Below are positions 62,259-64,000 of a DNA stretch of 64,000 nt, one piece after another (the first letter of the stretch is position 1; each line of letters opens with the position of its first letter). The DNA is from Octopus bimaculoides (lineage: Eukaryota). Where the stretch lies: assembly GCF_001194135.2 (NCBI RefSeq), contig NC_068986.1, positions 616,521-680,520 of the forward strand. The letters are read 5' to 3'. A model generated the notes under the pieces. The model did no database searches. It was not told the DNA's origin and saw only the letters and a list, made by a program, of their open reading frames with translations. Both the position numbers and the translations under genes were made by a program.

Positions 62259-63628
62259 TAGGGTGTTCGAGCTATATTTGACGGTTTTTTGTCTCCTTTT
62301 TTTATTTCGAGAACAGTCTGATGTATTGATGAAGAGTCAATGGCGTTGGAGAGCATAAACATTAAAGTTGTAACTAAGAAAACTTACCTGACATGGCGGA
62401 CTGGAAACCATCTGAATATTAGAAAAGAGTTACTTGCATCATGATGATTCGCTCTGGGTATCAAAATGCCGACAAATTGACTCCTGATGAATGTTCTTTG
62501 AAACAACGTAAAGGCTGCAAGACGTAACATGGACATCTGCAACAGAAACTACGAAACCGTGGCCAGTAGGAAGGGTCACAGCAGGCGTTCTGACCGACGT
62601 CATTACTCCTGGTTAATTCTCTGTGAACACTCTAAAGGCTGAAAGACATGACAGGGACAGCTGCAACAGGGATTACGAATCAGTAGCCAACATGCGTTTC
62701 GACTGCGTCCATACACCGGAATTCATCCAACAACTTCAGGACAAGGTGATGTAAGATCTCAGCCAGGGAATCTGGGCATGGGCGAGAGAAATGAGTGTTA
62801 GAGTTGTCACATGAAGATGACTCTCAATAAAGACCGTTCGTACAAGAGGTACAAGGGACAAATTCCGGCAATGAGAACGGCTTGACGAAGGCAAAGAAAC
62901 TCCTGAATGAACTGTGATATCCTACTGAGCCAGGGGTGATCTGGATATTTCGATCGTGTGACCGTGTGGTAAATACATATAGCCTTCTGCCATGACCTGT
63001 TGTACAACACCCAGAATAAGAAGTGTCTTAGCTATAATCCATGTGATGTCTCACGCATCATGAAACCAGATTCCTCCAAACTGTTATGGACTTTGAGTGT
63101 GTCTCCAGTGCGAGTGATGTCGTGTCACCCCACATCTTTGAAGTGGGTCTCAGGCTCAATTCAGGCGGCAATATGAAGATGCTGGAGACTGAGATTAATC
63201 CCTGACTGGAGAGAGTTGTGTAGCAGCAAGATTTGACTCCTTGACATGCCTCTGGAAAAAATCAGAGGTGGTTGTCAGAAAATTTATACGACTTTATCAG
63301 CCCCAGTTTCCTGCCTAATTCCTCCGATTGTAATCCCATTAGAAAGACACCAACCGTTCTGCCAGAAAAACAAAGACCGACTTGATGACCAAGATCAAGG
63401 ACGTGTTTAAAGATCTTCCTAGGGAGAGGATGAGGAACGCATGCGCCAGGGTCCAAGCCGTCTCGAGGTCGTGATGGAAGAGGAGATGGCTACTTTGAGC
63501 AAACTTATCTCCCAACCATAATTTACTTGATGTTTTTCGATTCTTTAAAAGCACTTGTCGTTTTGGATTGAATATTGTTTTTTCTCTTCCTTTTATGTAA
63601 ACTGTCAAATTTAACCCAATACCCTGTA
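62259..63628 (+). mobile_element. Near full-length, decayed DD37D (maT-like) Tc1/mariner transposon
   Basis: TIRs tagggtgttcgagctatatttgacggttt / aactgtcaaatttaacccaataccctg-TA; relic ORF CVSS..DV..PHIFEVGLRLNS...QQD...H.SGK.QRWLSEN.YDF...PNS.DCNP...KIKDVFKDLP...RNACAR..SRLE. Spacing after the second D is about 37 residues when read together with the 35745 copy. Confidence 0.85.
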
Positions 63629-63938
63629 TATATATATATAGTTCATAGATGAAAATCAAATATTCTCCGTATAGAATACACTTGTAGTGCTCAAGAGGTT
63701 TAAACTTTAGCGAGTAGAGAAGTAAAGGTAAGGATAAGCAAGTTAGGTAGGTTAATATACAAACTAAACAGCTGTTGTATTTGTAATACTTTTCTTCAAC
63801 TCCTGTAATTCTTGATTTCATTTCTATTCTGTGTAAGTCAGACCTTTTTGTATGTAAACATTCATACATTTTTTATATCTTATGTATTCAATATACTTTG
63901 TATATTGACCTACCTAACTTGCTTAACCTTACATTTAC

Positions 63939-63939
63939 T

Positions 63940-64000
<61 letters not shown>
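63939..64000. repeat. (CT)n(AT)n microsatellite at the window end
   Basis: Directly visible. Confidence 0.95.

Noticed and set aside
62486-62510. CTGATGA...GAAAC hammerhead-like core
   Set aside because: Stem II cannot pair, and the site lies within the decayed transposase region.

Overview
Eukaryotic, AT-rich, repeat-dominated window from a gapped short-read assembly. There are 11 N-runs: 1977-2275, 5306-6003, 10401-10410, 11696-12092, 14957-15136, 26238-26408, 41028-41261, 45609-46521, 47282-47985, 59132-59765 and 61922-61966. The dense tRNA-derived SINEs, the (TA)/(CA)/(GATA)/(CATA) microsatellites and the TTAGGG-type repeats match what I recall of octopus genomes. That taxon call is an inference, not a database result. 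I found no intact, recognisable host gene, no rRNA, no true tRNA gene and no CRISPR array. Most supplied ORFs are N-gap, microsatellite or antisense artefacts. Identifiable content is transposon debris: non-LTR fragments (HERO-like and R4/Dong-like RLE elements, RTE, CR1, L1/Tx1), Tc1/mariner elements (DD37D and DD34D types), an hAT relic, two copies of a composite non-autonomous Helitron, a solo LTR and palindromic MITEs. The most interesting leads are: (i) fold-back elements of three sizes with telomeric repeats at their centre, (ii) the composite Helitron pair, which predicts the content of an assembly gap, (iii) a shuffled R4/Dong copy, (iv) an RTE tail with two C2H2-like fingers, and (v) several unassigned candidate exons and promoters. 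I cannot support a claim of a new multi-gene system from this sequence.
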